The position numbers and the translations under genes were made by a program. A stretch of DNA of 64,000 bases from Trichodelitschia bisporula (taxonomy: Eukaryota): positions 62,001-126,000 of the forward strand of contig ML996701.1 in NCBI GenBank assembly GCA_010356995.1. The letters are read 5' to 3'. Shown piece by piece: positions 11,255-24,133 of this stretch. The notes under the pieces were generated by a model. The model saw only the letters and a program-made list of their open reading frames with translations, was not told the DNA's origin and searched no databases. The stretch's first letter is position 1, and each line of letters begins with the position of its first letter.

Positions 11255-14200
11255 TACTCCTTCAACCCCTCATTAAGCACCAACTCCACAACAATCTGCA
11301 CCTTAACCTCCTCCGGATGCTGCAGTGACACCTTCACCGTCCTCGCCCCCGCACTCCCCCCCACCAGCGCATCATCAAGACACTTAACATCCCTCCCCGC
11401 AATGACCTGCCTAAGCCGGCCATTCTGCGCATTCCGAATCTCCACAAAATCCGCATCAAACAGTAGCACATAGGGGCCATACAACGCCGCCGCCCGCGCC
11501 TTCCCCACAAACTCCATAATCACAGACCGCGAAATGTCGCCGTGCTTGTTGACATACACCGCGCACTCCTCGTAGCACAGCAAGAACTCCTGCTCGCTCA
11601 GCCTGAACATACCGAGCGGCTTCTGGCCCGCCAACTTCTCGCGTATGGCCTGGACATGACTGGCATCCAAATCTGGGATACTGATCGGTGCCTTCTTATC
11701 CAGATTCAGAATCTCGAATCCGCGCTGCGTACTCACCGCCAGGCTCGAATGGAACATATTAATCCCCATGCACTCCGTCGGGATGTAAAACTCATCAAAC
11801 TCTCTGAAGAAATCCGTCTTCCCACCTCGGAGACCGGCTAGGAGGGAATTGCCTCCACCGCTCCGGCCAAACCCGCGACGCTCGCTCGACTTCTGCAGCA
11901 CGGGCTCAAGGACCTAAGCGTTAGCCCGCGGGGCCCGAGATTAGCGCTCCGCGATCCGCGCCCAGGGGGGACGTACAGTGATTACCTTGAAGGTACTCGA
12001 GATGCCATCCCGCTTCTTGTAGAACACAAGTGTACGATCCTTCATCCGTCCCGTGGCGAAGAAGCCCACGTCGCGACTCCCGCTCAGCTTCTGCGGCGCC
12101 CGTCGGGGTGTGTCGTTCGCCCCTGGAACACCGCCCGCGGGACACACGACGTCGAGGTGGTACGCAATAAGCGATTTATCGCTGATTAGCAGGAAGATGC
12201 TGAAGTCCTCCAGCACAGCAATCTGTGTGACCTTGGGGTTATTAATAACCTGCACACACCCATTAGCAACTCGCAAACCCGTCTTCCACACTTCACGCAC
12301 CCTCTGCCATCCCCTCGGGTTATCCGTCTCCGAGACATAAACCCCATAATCCGTCCCCACAGCCACCATCTGCCTATTATCGGCCCTCGTAAACGCCGTC
12401 GCACAATTCACCCTCGCGCGACACACCGCCCCCGGCCGCCCCGTATTCGCATACATCTGCTCAACCTCACGAATCGCCCTATCCAGCGGCGTGCCCTGAA
12501 TCACAATCCCGCGCCCCCCCGCCCCCGCCGCCGTCCCGCTCTCATACTGGAACGCGGAGTCCGCCATGACGCGCAACTTGAACGGTTCCGCATTCTGCGC
12601 AAACAGCGCGTGGGCATGTTTCGTCTTGGCTTCGACGATCTTGGAGCACCACTCTTCGCGCGCGGCGAGGTTGTGCGCGTATAGCGTGTATGTTTCTTGC
12701 CCGAGGTGCTTGACGCGGAAGGGGTAGAGCGTGCGGTTGTCTTTGCTGTCGTCGGAGGGGACGAGGGCGGTGACCGCGGGTACGGATTTGACTGTCAACG
12801 CGCTTTTGGTGCTGGTGGCCGAGGCGAGTGTGTTTAGAGATGTGCTGGTCGAGCTGTGCGACAGCGTACCTGGCGCGGGGGACGCGGTCGTGGTGCGCAG
12901 GAGGCGCTGCTCCACACCCGCCGCAACAGGCGCGCGCGTCACACTCGCGCGGCCACCCAAACTTGACCGTATGACAGGATCATCATCGCGCGACTCCAGC
13001 ATGAGCAGATCCATCGGGATAGGCAAGCGGGACACATCGTAGCGCGCATACTTAGCCGAGCTTTCCGTGCCGCGCTCACTATTGTTGATCTTCGCCAGTA
13101 CGAGGTAGTGATCAAACAGAATGGCGTGAGTCTCGAGCCAATTAAACCTGCTACTACTGATGCGCAGCAAGTCGCCCGTGTGGATGAGCTCGCGGCCGAG
13201 ATGGTCGAGGTTCAGCTCGACGCGCCCCTGCATTTCGGGACGTAGCTTGAGACGATTCTGCAAGTCCGTCAGATCGACCTTGCGCAAGCCCTCGCCGACG
13301 CGCGTGTCGCACTCGCGCGTCACAGCCCTGATCTCCTCAATAGCAGTGGCCAAGTTGCGCCGCTCGTCGCTGTCAACAACCGACTTCTTGAGCGCGGTGT
13401 CCAGCAACAGGCCCAGCTGCTGCAAGCGGCTGATGGGCAGCTTGAGGTAGTGATCCCAGCCAAGACGGCGGCTGGCCGGGTCCGCCTGGCAGCGCTCGAG
13501 GTAGTTGCGGAAGAGCACATTGCGCTCGAGTTCCTGGCGGATCTTGTACACGGCGTTCGGGTAGCTGGAGGCGTAGTCGAGGTAGGCGGTCTTGGCCTTG
13601 CGGATCCACTCGCGGAAGATGTCACTAAACCCAACCACCCACGGGCCCTGCTCGCGCTGGCGATACTTCATCTGCGGCAGGAGATGGTCCTCATTTGCGC
13701 GCTTGACCGCATCGGCCTTGCCGAAGACCTGGTTGACAAAGGACTGCACCTTTTTGGGAGCGATGAGCGGCGGCTGAGCCCCGAGCAGTTGGTCGCGGTA
13801 GATTTTACGCAGCACATCCAGCTCACGCAGATAGTTTTCCTCCTTCTGGACGACTTCGTGCAGGATGTTCTGGCGCTCGACCTCCTTCTTCTCCGCCTTT
13901 TCAACGTCGTCCTTCTCGAGCTTCCAGTACGTCGCCCAGTCCTCGTCCTGGCTCAGGCCCGGCTGCGACGAGAGATCCATCTTCTTCTCCGTCCGCTGGC
14001 AGTGCCGCGAGTAGCAGCGCACCGGGCTGTTATAGTCATGCAGCTTGGGCGCGTAGCAGCCCGTGCCCGTGAGCTGGTAGATGACGCCGGTCATATGCTC
14101 ACCACTGAACACTAGCCACTCCTCCTCCTGAACGAGAGTCCCGTTGGAGACCATGTCGTTGACTATGCGCTCACTCAATGTCTCAGCATCGGCAATATTC

Positions 14201-16511
14201 ATTGTCGGCACTTTGTGCGTGAACAGCGCCACCAGCCCATCCACCAGCAGCTGTTGTTTGAGATACTGCTCGCCATCAACCATCGCGCGCAGCCACCACG
14301 TGATCTGACTCAGTGCCCACGGTTCACGACACCGGTCAAAGTCGCGCGGCGTCAGTTTCGATGGATTGAACTTCTTTGTTATCGACGGCAGGTCAAGGGG
14401 AACGCCGGCACCCGTCTGAGCCGTGCTCTCGCCGCTGCTATCGTTATAAATAGCCGAGGCGCGCAATTGCTTGCGCTCGCGCTCTGCGTCCGTCTTCGAG
14501 CGTATAGGCATGAGCGCTTGCGGCGTGCTGGTCTGGTGGTTGTTGAGCGACACATGGCGATTGGGCGGGGGCGTCGGGACAGTAGGTTGCTGGTAGGCCG
14601 ACACGGGTGTGTAGAGGGCCGACTGCGCGCGGGGGAACTGCACATTTCCAGGCGTACCCCACTCGGACGGGTAGGGCGCGTACGCGGGACGGCCGCCTTC
14701 GGGTGGTGGCGGCGGGGGCAGTGGGCGGTTGTTCGACTGGGTATGGTGGTAAAAGATTTCAGGCGTGTCCGAGGCGGGAGTCGGGTGGTCTGTGAGGGGA
14801 GTTTCATCGCCCTCATCGTAGCTAAGCCGGCGATTGCGCTGCACCCTGCTAGGATCGGCGAGACCGCCAGTACCATAGGCATCAACGCGGGCCTCCGAGA
14901 AGGGCGGAAACGGATGGATGGAGTTGTACGCGTCGTAGCCGGCGTCTGCGTCGCTCTGCTCGCCTGAGCGGCGCAGCGAGCCAGATGATGAAACAGGCTG
15001 GCTGCGGCTGTGCACGTCGCTCTGCGAGCCGGTGCGACCCACGGTCAGGGAGTTGGGGTCACCGCCGTACGACATGTGTGCGTCAAAGCCACCGCTAAAG
15101 GAGCCAAGATCAACGTACGGCACATCGCTGTCGCTCGACTCCGTGAACCGTTCTGTTTGCTCCGGGATGGGTGGGTGGTAGCGGTAACTGCCTCCGCCGA
15201 TGCCGGCGCCGCTGCTCTGGCGCCGGGCCGCATCCTCAGCGTCCTGGCGCTCGGCCTCCCGCATGGCCTCGAGTCCGGCAAGGGCCTCGGCGTCGCTCTC
15301 CTCGCTGTCTAGGCCGCCGTTTACGCCCTGATTGTTAAGCTGCATGTGTCAGCCTGATGTCAGCCCAACGGACAGCAACGTACCTCAATGCGCGGACTAT
15401 GCGAGAGTATGCCGCTAATCTCATGCTCCAGCACGTCCTGCGTCTGAGCTTCGCGCCCACTGCCATTTCGCTGGAGGTATCCCGCCCGGCTCACAGAAGC
15501 CTCCGAAGGCGGTCGAGGCAACGGCCGCGAGTGGCCATACGGGTCCGAAATCGACCCCCGCGGAGGGTTAACATGCGGCGGAGGCGGCGGTCCCGGCGTC
15601 GTCGGGTTCGAGTGGTGCTGCTGCACCGCGCCCCAGTCCCCCTGCCCTAACGAACTGTTGCGCCTGCGGCCGTCACGCCCGACCGGCGGCGACGGCAGCG
15701 TGTCATGCGGCGAGAAGCCGTCCGAGCCGTACCGCTCACGTACCGGCTGATACGATAAATTGGGAAATTGGTGCCAGTCGTCTCCGGGAGCCTCGGCGCT
15801 GCCGGGGATGACGGGAAGCGGTGGAGGAGCAGGCGGCGTGTAGTGGTTGCGCGCGGGCGTTGGGTATGGCAGCGACTGCGGTGGAGGACGGGTGTACACG
15901 GACACGGGACGCTGAGCCGGCTGCTGTAGCTGCTGTAGCTGCTGTAGCTGCTGTAGCTGGTTTGGGTAGAACGTCGGCGATGGCAGTGCTTGTGACGGAG
16001 CATAGCCATGTTGGTAGCCCGCTGCGCTACCCGCACGCTGCAGCTCGGCTCCCGCGTAGTCGGCCGGGTTGTAGGGCTGAGGTGGGTTGGGAAAACTGGG
16101 ACGGCGCGCGAGGCCGAGGCCAGGCGATTCGAGAGGCAGACCCGGCGAGCCGATGGGCTGAGCAAAGTCCTGCGGATTGTATGCCTGTGGGTTGTAGCCA
16201 TACGCAGGTGCGGTGGTGGAGGAACCGAAGGTCGGAGTGCGGTGGGGAGGCGGCGGCGGCGTGGGGTTGCCGGACCCCATGAACAGCTCGTCGTTCGGTC
16301 GCGCAGCGGCCGTGACACGTCCGCCCGCCAGATCAGCTTGCTGTTGTTGCTGCTGGTAGGTGTAGTCGTTCACTGCGGCGCTGCCGTTGATACCGAAGGC
16401 GTTGTCGCTTGGCGGCTGGAAGCTGGCGGGTCGGCGGTTGTAGGGGTCGTGGTACTGGCCGTGCGGTGACTGCTGCGGATAGTAGTACTGGCCATTTTGC
16501 GATTGAGCCAT
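11254..16511 (-). CDS. rgf3: Rho guanine-nucleotide exchange factor, DH-PH-CNH (Rgf3/Tus1-type)
   Basis: Exons 16511-15384, 15339-12301, 12249-11986 and 11913-11254. DH: ERQNILHEVVQKEENYLREL...LKLPISRLQQLGLLL. PH: LFDHYLVLAK. CNH: VAVGTDYGVY, QIAVLEDFSIFLLISDKSLIAY, KPLGMFRL..EFLLCY. It lacks the Rom2 DEP signature, so the subfamily is an inference. Confidence 0.88.
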
Positions 16512-17033
16512 GCTGCCAGGTGAATGGGAGATGGAGCGGCGTAGGATGAGACGACGTCGCTGTGCGGTGCCGGAGCGCGGAGAGATGACACGGTCACCGT
16601 GCGGGTGTGGGGGCGGGGGAGGAGGGGGAGGGAGGGAGGGAGGGGGTGGGTGGTAGGTTAAGGGGGAGGCATGTACGGGGGGAGGCTATAGTTTGAGACC
16701 GAGCCCGGGGTGGAGTGACGGAGAGTAGGAGACGAGCGAGTAGAAAAATAGGAAGAAGTCGAGGAGGGGGAGATGTAGAGCAGCCAGCAGGTGAGGTTAT
16801 CGGTGTCGACAAAGTAAGAGTGTGTGTGTGGGTGCGGAGGTGAGATGATGAGGGTTGAGGGAGAGAGTCGGAGATGGCGTCCTCAGGCGAACAGTTGGGA
16901 CAGCCCGTGACCTAAGCGGATGGGCTTTCGAGCTGAATTTGCTGGCAAACTGGCACTGCCTTACGCAAGGCGTGCAGCGGCTCGACACTTGGCGAGTGTT
17001 GGAGGAAGAGAAACGCAGAGAAGATGATTATGG

Positions 17034-17034
<1 letters not shown>

Positions 17035-17078
<44 letters not shown>
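17035..17078. repeat. (GAT)14 microsatellite
   Basis: Perfect GAT run in the RhoGEF/monooxygenase intergenic region. Confidence 0.95.
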
Positions 17079-17730
17079 GACGACGAGGGTGAGGATGAAG
17101 GTCAAGATGGGGAAGGTTGGAAGAGGTGAGGTGAGGCTACAGTGCGGGGGGAACAGCGCAGAGATAGAGAAAGAGCTGAAAGTGTAGGGTAAGGCAAGCT
17201 GGGGGCGAGCTGGAGAGGTGGATGAAGATGTCGATTATTATTGTGGTGACGACGATGCCGCAGTTGATGCTGGAGACGATCCCAAGAGCTAAAACGCCCG
17301 TGATGTTCCTGTCTCTTGTTGGGGGCGGCGAGGTGTTTGGGCGACGATGCAAAAGTCTCTCCGTCTCGTCTCGTATCTTTTGCTGTCCTCGTCTCCTCTT
17401 TCCCGTCTATCTCTCTCTCGTCTCTCTGTTTTGTCCGTTCTTCCTCAGCTGAGAGAAGGATGCGATGCAAAATGGAACGACAAGGCGGCTTCGCTGTCCC
17501 ACCCCATTGCCAAAGCTATTGCGTGCGACGTACACGCACGCGCGCACTCCACACCACGACGAGGCAGACTCTATGACTCTCAGGCCGCTCTCTATCTCTC
17601 CATCCTGCGGTAGATGCCTCTTCTTTCCATCGGCCTCATCGTCTCACCGAACGAGCCTCCTCTCTGTTCTCCATCGACAGTCTGCCCTCTATCTACAGAA
17701 TCTGCCCATCTGCCTACTAGAACTACTCTC

Positions 17731-17778
17731 TCCATCCCTCCCCATCCCTCCCCATCCCTCCCCATCCCTCCCCATCCC
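17731..17778. repeat. 10-bp tandem repeat (cccatccctc) x ~4.5
   Basis: Read directly from the sequence. Confidence 0.85.
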
Positions 17779-18586
17779 CATCTCCACTCCCAAACCCGCG
17801 CCATAATTCCCCACATTCCGCCCATCCCCCCCCGCAAAGCGCACTCCAGGTGGAGGAACAAAAGAAAAACAACATCCAAGAAGGTCTCTCGCAGGCTCAC
17901 GCCAGCCCACGCTGAACAGACGCCCACGAAACTAAATGGGTAAGCAGAGACGAGGTCTATTAGGAGGGTCAAACACTGCGCCCCGTGAGGTTGTACAGCA
18001 TCACGTCCCCCCTTCTGCACATCTCCAGGGCCGTTAAACAAGCGCGCCTCGACCTCCTCGCCCACATACTCCCGTTCTATCTCCGCTGCAACCGTCGCCC
18101 GTCATCCGTCCAGTCTCGCCTCTGACCTCTGTACCGTAACATCTCACTTCTCCTCCCTCCGCTACGACCTTGACTGTGGCTCCCTCTCTCTCACCCCTCT
18201 CCCATATCCCATCCAAGCCTCCTCCCCTCACCCTCCCTAGCCCCCCGACATCGCCTTCCCGCACACAAGCCTCGCATGCCCCGCTCCCAGAGCCGCATGC
18301 CCCATCGTAGAAAACTCAACTTCAACCTCAGTCCTCCATCTCACACTGTCCTCTCCTCGCACAGTCGCGCTCACTAATGCGGAGGATCTAGTTCTCCCCG
18401 CCTCTCACGCCTCCTCGCTCCCAAATGCGACACCTCCCAACCCCCCAGCAACGGCATAGATTGCACGAACCCCGCATCTGGGCCCTTGCGCAACAGCCGA
18501 CCGTCTCCGCTGGCCAGGGCGGAGATCTCACTCGGCGGGGTCGGCCTTCGCGCGAAACACTCCAGTACAATATAAGGCCTTGCTGG

Positions 18587-18640
18587 CGGAGATCAATAAC
18601 CCGGAGATCAATAACCGCCGTCGCAGGTCTTATATAAATA
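18587..18640 (+). promoter_or_regulatory. Tandem 15-bp CGG-containing repeat plus TATA box upstream of the monooxygenase
   Basis: cggagatcaataacc x2 (18587-18616), then TATATAAA at 18631, about 110 nt before ATG 18745. Confidence 0.55.
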
Positions 18641-18744
18641 TCACTTGAGTTCCGTAGCTTTCACTTCTGCCATCAGTTAGCGCCCATTGACTTCGTTGCG
18701 CTGTGCTCATCTTCGTCCCGAGGCTGCGCATATCTACCTTCGAT

Positions 18745-20624
18745 ATGGTCATCAACTCCGACGCCCCCACCGCCGACGCCCCTCCTCCCACTCCTCCCAC
18801 TCCCCCTTCTCCCTTCGACTTCGACGGCCCACCACCACCCGTAGCCGATGAAACGGGATACACAATCCGAGAGGAGCCCTACGGCACCAAGCGCCGGGTA
18901 CGCGTAGTCCTCATAGGCGCCGGCGCCTCCGCGCTCAACTTCTTCAAAAATGCCGAAGAAGAACTGCAAAACGTATCCATCGTATGCTACGAGAAAAACG
19001 CCGACATCGGCGGAACCTGGCTCGAGAACCGCTATCCGGGCTGCGCGTGCGACATCCCGAGCGTCAACTACCAGTTCAGCTGGAAGATCCGGCTGTGGAG
19101 CCATTACTACAGCTATTCGCCCGAGATCTGGGAATACCTCAAGCAGATCGAGCGGGAGAATAACTTCATCGAGAAGTATGTCAAGCTGCGGCACCGCGTC
19201 GAGTACGCCGCCTTCGACAAGGCCGCCGGGCTGTGGCGCTTCCGCATCCGGGACCTCGCCTCCGACACCGTCGTCGAGGATGAAGCCGAGTTCTTCGTCA
19301 ACGCGGGCGGTGTGCTGAACGCGTGGAAGTGGCCAACCGTCCCGGGGCTGCATTCCTTCAAGGGCAAGTTGATGCACAGCGCCGCCTACGACGAGGGCTA
19401 CCCGCTCGAGGGGAAGAAGGTCGCCGTCATAGGCGCCGGCTCCTCGGGCGTGCAAATCGTCTCGGCCATCCAGAGCAAGGTCGACCGGCTGTACCACTGG
19501 GTGCGCAGTCCAATTTGGGTGACGGCTGGGTTCGCGCAGCGCTGGGCCGGCGAGGATGGACGCAACTTCGCGTGTACGTCCCCTATCCCCATTCCCTCAC
19601 CCCCAGCTAACCCCGAGTAGACTCCCAAGAACAGAAAAACTACCTGGCGGCGAACCCCAAAAAGTACATGGAATACCGCAAGCAAATCGAAAACGAGCTG
19701 AACCAGCGCTTCAAATTCATAATCCGCGGCTCGCCCGAAGCCGCCGCCGCGCGGGAATACAGCTACGCCGAAATGCGTCGCAAGCTCAATTACGACGCGC
19801 GGCTCTGCGACGCCATCATCCCCAAGACCTTCAACCCGGGATGCAGGCGCCCGACCCCAGCGCCAGGGTACCTCGAGGCGCTGGTCGCGCCCAACACGAC
19901 CGTCTTCACAGCCGATCTCACTGCGATTGATGCCACCGGCTTCGTGGATGACAAGGGCGAGCACCACGACGTGGACGTCATCGTCTGCGCGACCGGGTTC
20001 GACACCAGCTGGCTGCCGCGCTTCCCGCTCATCAACGGGTCAGGCGTCGACCTGCGGTCCTTCTGGGGCGGCCCACAGGGCGTGGACAGCTACCTCAGCG
20101 TCGCGGTCCCGACCTTCGAGAACCACTTCTCGTTCTGCGGGCCGTACGGGCCGCTCGGGCACGGGAGCTTCATGCCGCTGATCGAGCAGTGGACGCGGTA
20201 TATCTTTGCCGTGGTGGAGAAGGCGCAAGTGGAGAATGTGAAGTCCTTTTCGCCAAAGCTGGAGCTCGCGCAACAGTTCCGCCAGCATGCGGATTTGTTT
20301 CTCCAGCGGACGGCGTGGACGAGTCCTTGTCGGAGCTGGTTTAAGCAAGGGAAGAGCGATGGGCAGGCGGCGATTTATCCCGGGAGTCGGTTGAGCTTTT
20401 TAGCTCTCCTGGAACGGCCGCGGTTTGAGGATTTTGATATGGAGTATTGGGATGAGAATCGGTTTGCATTTTTGGGGAATGGGTTCCATACGAGGGAGTT
20501 TGATGGGAGGGATATTACGAATTATCTTGGGAATTTGGACCCAGAGGGGAGGGATGTGCAACCTGAGTATGATGAGCATCTGGTGGATATTTTGGGGGGG
20601 ATGGCGCTGGTGGAGAAGAAGTGA
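18745..20624 (+). CDS. Class B flavoprotein monooxygenase (Baeyer-Villiger/StcW-like)
   Basis: Exons 18745-19573 and 19621-20624. VVLIGAGASA, GGTWLENRYPGCACDIPS (BVMO motif), FKGKLMHSAAY fingerprint, VAVIGAGSSG, GCRRPTP, DVIVCATGFD, WTSPCRSWFK. Confidence 0.92.
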
Positions 20625-20893
20625 AGGGTAGACTGTAGATTCAGCTTACCTTCTGCTCTGTGCTTGCATTAGTTATCTACATCGTCTGAATCTTGGTTTC
20701 TATCAATTCATGGGCATCGAGTCACTTACAGTATCTTGTCAGAAGTACAGCATTGCCGGCAAAGAGGACATGGCTCAAGGTACTATTTATGCGGAGTGAA
20801 GGCATTTTGATAGTCAAAGAACAGAAGAGAGAGGAGAGTGACGGCGTCGCTCATGTCTAGATATATTCTTCGTACCCCCCAAGGCTCCTTCCA

Positions 20894-21011
20894 TGATGTA
20901 GATATGGAAGCGGAGCATTGCCATGCCAGGAAGGAGCATACTGAGTTCAAGAAGGGACATGACGTAACGTGCTCATGGCCAAGGGAATGAGCATTGAAGG
21001 ACATCGTGTAT
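20894..21011 (+). repeat. Dispersed repeat family, copy B
   Basis: Aligns to 1660-1738 and to 57367-57482 (tgatgtagatatgg..gcattgccatgccagg..gacatgacgtaacgtg..gacatcgtgtat). Confidence 0.85.
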
Positions 21012-21303
21012 CCCCGGGATCCATCATCACACCGACACTCACACTCCCACCCCACGCACAGCCGCTACAACACAGCCACCCATCCCCACAACTGAGCGTA
21101 GACGTTTCTCCATTTCCTTTGCCGGTGTCCAGGAGCCACCCCGTCCCAGCATAGTCTAAGCTTTGCCACAAAACGCCTTACGGCCCAGAGTGGATAATGT
21201 ACATAGTAACACACAAGCAGCGTGCTAGCTCGGCTGCGCCAATCCACTATGACACAGTGATCTCAGCACCCCACCGTCCTAGCTACACCAAAATCAGGGG
21301 GTT

Positions 21304-23684
21304 TCACGGCTTCGGCTTCGCAGCCTCCTTCTCCGCCTCGCGCTCCACGGCTCCAGCCTCACCCTCCTCCTCCCCTTCCTCAAGATCATACTCTATCTCC
21401 TCTTCCTCCGTCGGTCTCGGCCCGGCGCGGGAGATCGGCCCCTCCCCTCCTTCGCCGCTCATCTGCCACTCCATAAGCTTCGTGAACGCGCCTTCCGGCC
21501 GCGCTGACAACTCCGCATAACTCCCCTCCTCGGCCACGCGGCCATCGGTGCCGATGACAATGATCCGATCGGAGCGCTTAATCGTGCTCAGGCGGTGGGC
21601 GATGCTAATCGTGGTGTTGTTACCACGGAGTAAGGCACCGAGCGCTTCATTGACCAGCGTCTCCGACTCCGCATCTAGGGCCGACGTCGCCTCGTCCAGG
21701 ATCAGGATATCCGGGTTCTTGAGCAGAGCCCGCGCGATAGCGATGCGCTGCTTCTGTCCGCCAGAAAGCTGCGTGCCGCGCGCGCCGACGTGTGTCTCCA
21801 AGCCATCAGGCTACGCCCCCTTGTCAGTAACAAGATACGAAATTCAAGCGTACGAAAAAGGGGACCTACAAAGTCGCTAATGAACTGGCAATTCGCCTTG
21901 CGCGCCGCAGCCACAATCTCACCCCGACTAGCCAGCGGCCTGCCATACGCAATATTCTCCGCAATAGTGCCCGAGAAGAGTATCGGTTCCTGGCCCACAT
22001 ACCCGATCTTGCGCCGCAGCTGCTTGGCATTCATCCCCGAGATATCACGCCCATTAATCGTAATCGTCCCCTCCTCAGGCGTGTAAAACCGCAGCAGCAA
22101 CTGCGCGACCGTGCTCTTGCCTGCACCGCTCGGCGCGACAATGGCGATGTTGCTCCCCTGCTCGATGGTGAAGTTGAGGCCCTTGAAGATCTTGACCGCC
22201 GGCCGCGTCGGGTAGCTGAACGTCACGTTTTCGAACCGGATCGGGCCGCGCGCCGAGCGCACCGCCTCGCCGACGGTGGGGTACATGCTCGGATTGCGGT
22301 CCTGCAGTTCGAAGAGACGGCTCGCGGCGCCGACGCCCTTCATCAGCTCCGAGTAAAAGCCCGAAAGCCCAAAGAGGCTCGACCCAGCGTAGGCGGTGTA
22401 CATCAGGAAGCTCGTAAGCTCGCCAATACTAATAGCGCCAGATTTGACCATACTACTGCCCACATACAACAGCGCCAAAATCGTCAAATTCCCCATAAAC
22501 CCGGACGAACTGAAAAAGGTTGCGCTGATAAGCGCCTCGCGCTTCCCCAGCGTGAAGATACGGCGGACTTGCTTGTTGTACCGCGCCACCTCCTGCACCT
22601 CGCCCGCAAACGCCTGGCTAGTCTTGATGTTCCCGAGCCGCTCCTCCGCGATCTTGGTCAGCGTGCCTAGGTTCTTCTGGATGTTGCGGCTGAGGTTGCG
22701 GATCGCGCGCCCGTAGAAGAAGGCCCCGATCGCGACGGGCGGGAACATGAGCGCCAGGATGCTCGTCAGTTTCCAGCTCACGTAGCCCATCATGGCGAGG
22801 CCGGCGCCGCCGCTGACGGCGGCGCGCAGACCGTCCGATAGGTTCTGCGTTATGCTTTTGCCGACGACGACGGTGTCGGAGCCCAGGCGGGAGATTAGGT
22901 CGCCGACGCGGTTGGCGTCGAAGAACTCCGCGTTCTGGATGAAGGTCCGCTTGTAGAGCCGCGAGCGCAGGCGCGTGACGATGCGCTCGCCAACGATGCG
23001 CAGGATGATGATACGGCCGTAATTGGCAGCAGCACCGACCGTCAAGATCCCCCCGAGCGAAAGATAGAACGTGCCAGGCGTGAGTCCAAACAGCGTCTCC
23101 TTGCCCTCAGAGCTCGTCGCCGCATCCAGGATCTTCCCAATAGAAAACGGAACAGACATCGTAATCGACGACGAGACAAGCAAGAGGGCAAACGCCCAAC
23201 CCAGCGTACTCTTCTCCTTCCCCGCAATCCGCAGCAGCCGCGCAACCTCCTTCCATCCCCCCGACGTCCCACCATGCGCACCATCCTTGCTCAGCTTCGC
23301 GCTGAGATTCAGCTGCGCCGCCTGCGAGGCCTTTTCCGAGCGGCCGAATCCGTCGTCCTGGTGTTCATCGTGCTTGGTTTGTTCGTAAGACCGGTCCGGT
23401 TGCTTCTGAGCCTCGGCTACAGCGCGGGATATTGAGAATGGCCGGCCAAAGCCTACGATGTGTGTGCCGCGGGGTTGCGAGTTAACCGGGAGCGCCGGGC
23501 GCGGATGGACGAGCGGAGTGCGATTGGCGGCGAAGACGGCGGTTGTGAGACTCCGGATGGATGGCGGCTCCTGCGCGGCAGCTGGCGAGTACCAGCGGGG
23601 TCTACCGGCGAGAGATCCGAGGGTAAGGGGGCGAGCAGACGCAGAGCCGTGACCCGCTCGGCGGAGGAAAATTTGGGCGCGCAT
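21304..23684 (-). CDS. MDL1: Mitochondrial half-size ABC transporter (Mdl1/ABCB10 family)
   Basis: Arg/Ser-rich presequence. TMD motifs [32 protein letters not shown]. Walker [41 protein letters not shown]. Intron 21869-21811. Confidence 0.92.
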
Positions 23685-24133
23685 TGCTGCGCTCGCTGCG
23701 TGCGGACGGAGCGGCCAGGGCGATGGTGGTGCGGATTGAAGAGCGAAGTTACCGACAGGTTGCGGTGGAGGAGGCGTGGGTGGTGCGGAGGGACATGGTG
23801 TGCTTGACTTTTGGTGTGGGGGTGAGGTTGCGGTGGTGGAGAGATTGACCTGTGGTTCGCGCTGGGGGGGATAGATTTGCCTGAGGCTTTTCGGATGGTC
23901 GATGACGAAGGTGCGCGCTTGGCCGAATTGCGCGGGTTTGACTGGGGTGTGGAGGGGTCTGAGCTTTTGCTCCCATGTGGAATGTTAAGGGAAGGCGTCG
24001 AGAAGATTCCACATCACGCGTGGAAAGGAAAGTAAATACAGACGACGAGGCTTCTGTTTGTTTGTTGGAATCCTCCGTACGATCCCCTTTAACTCTGTGC
24101 GCTTTCTTCACTATCTCTCCACCACCCTTCATC

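Noticed and set aside
15921..15960. 9-bp repeat encoding (QLQ)n in the RhoGEF N-terminus; also (gcacc)n at ~41238 and (ggtgc)n at ~54662
   Set aside because: Ordinary slippage microsatellites or low-complexity sequence.
22112..22140. Walker [10 protein letters not shown] instead of GxxGxGKST in Mdl1
   Set aside because: Fits the [AG]xxxxGK[ST] P-loop pattern; not evidence of inactivation.
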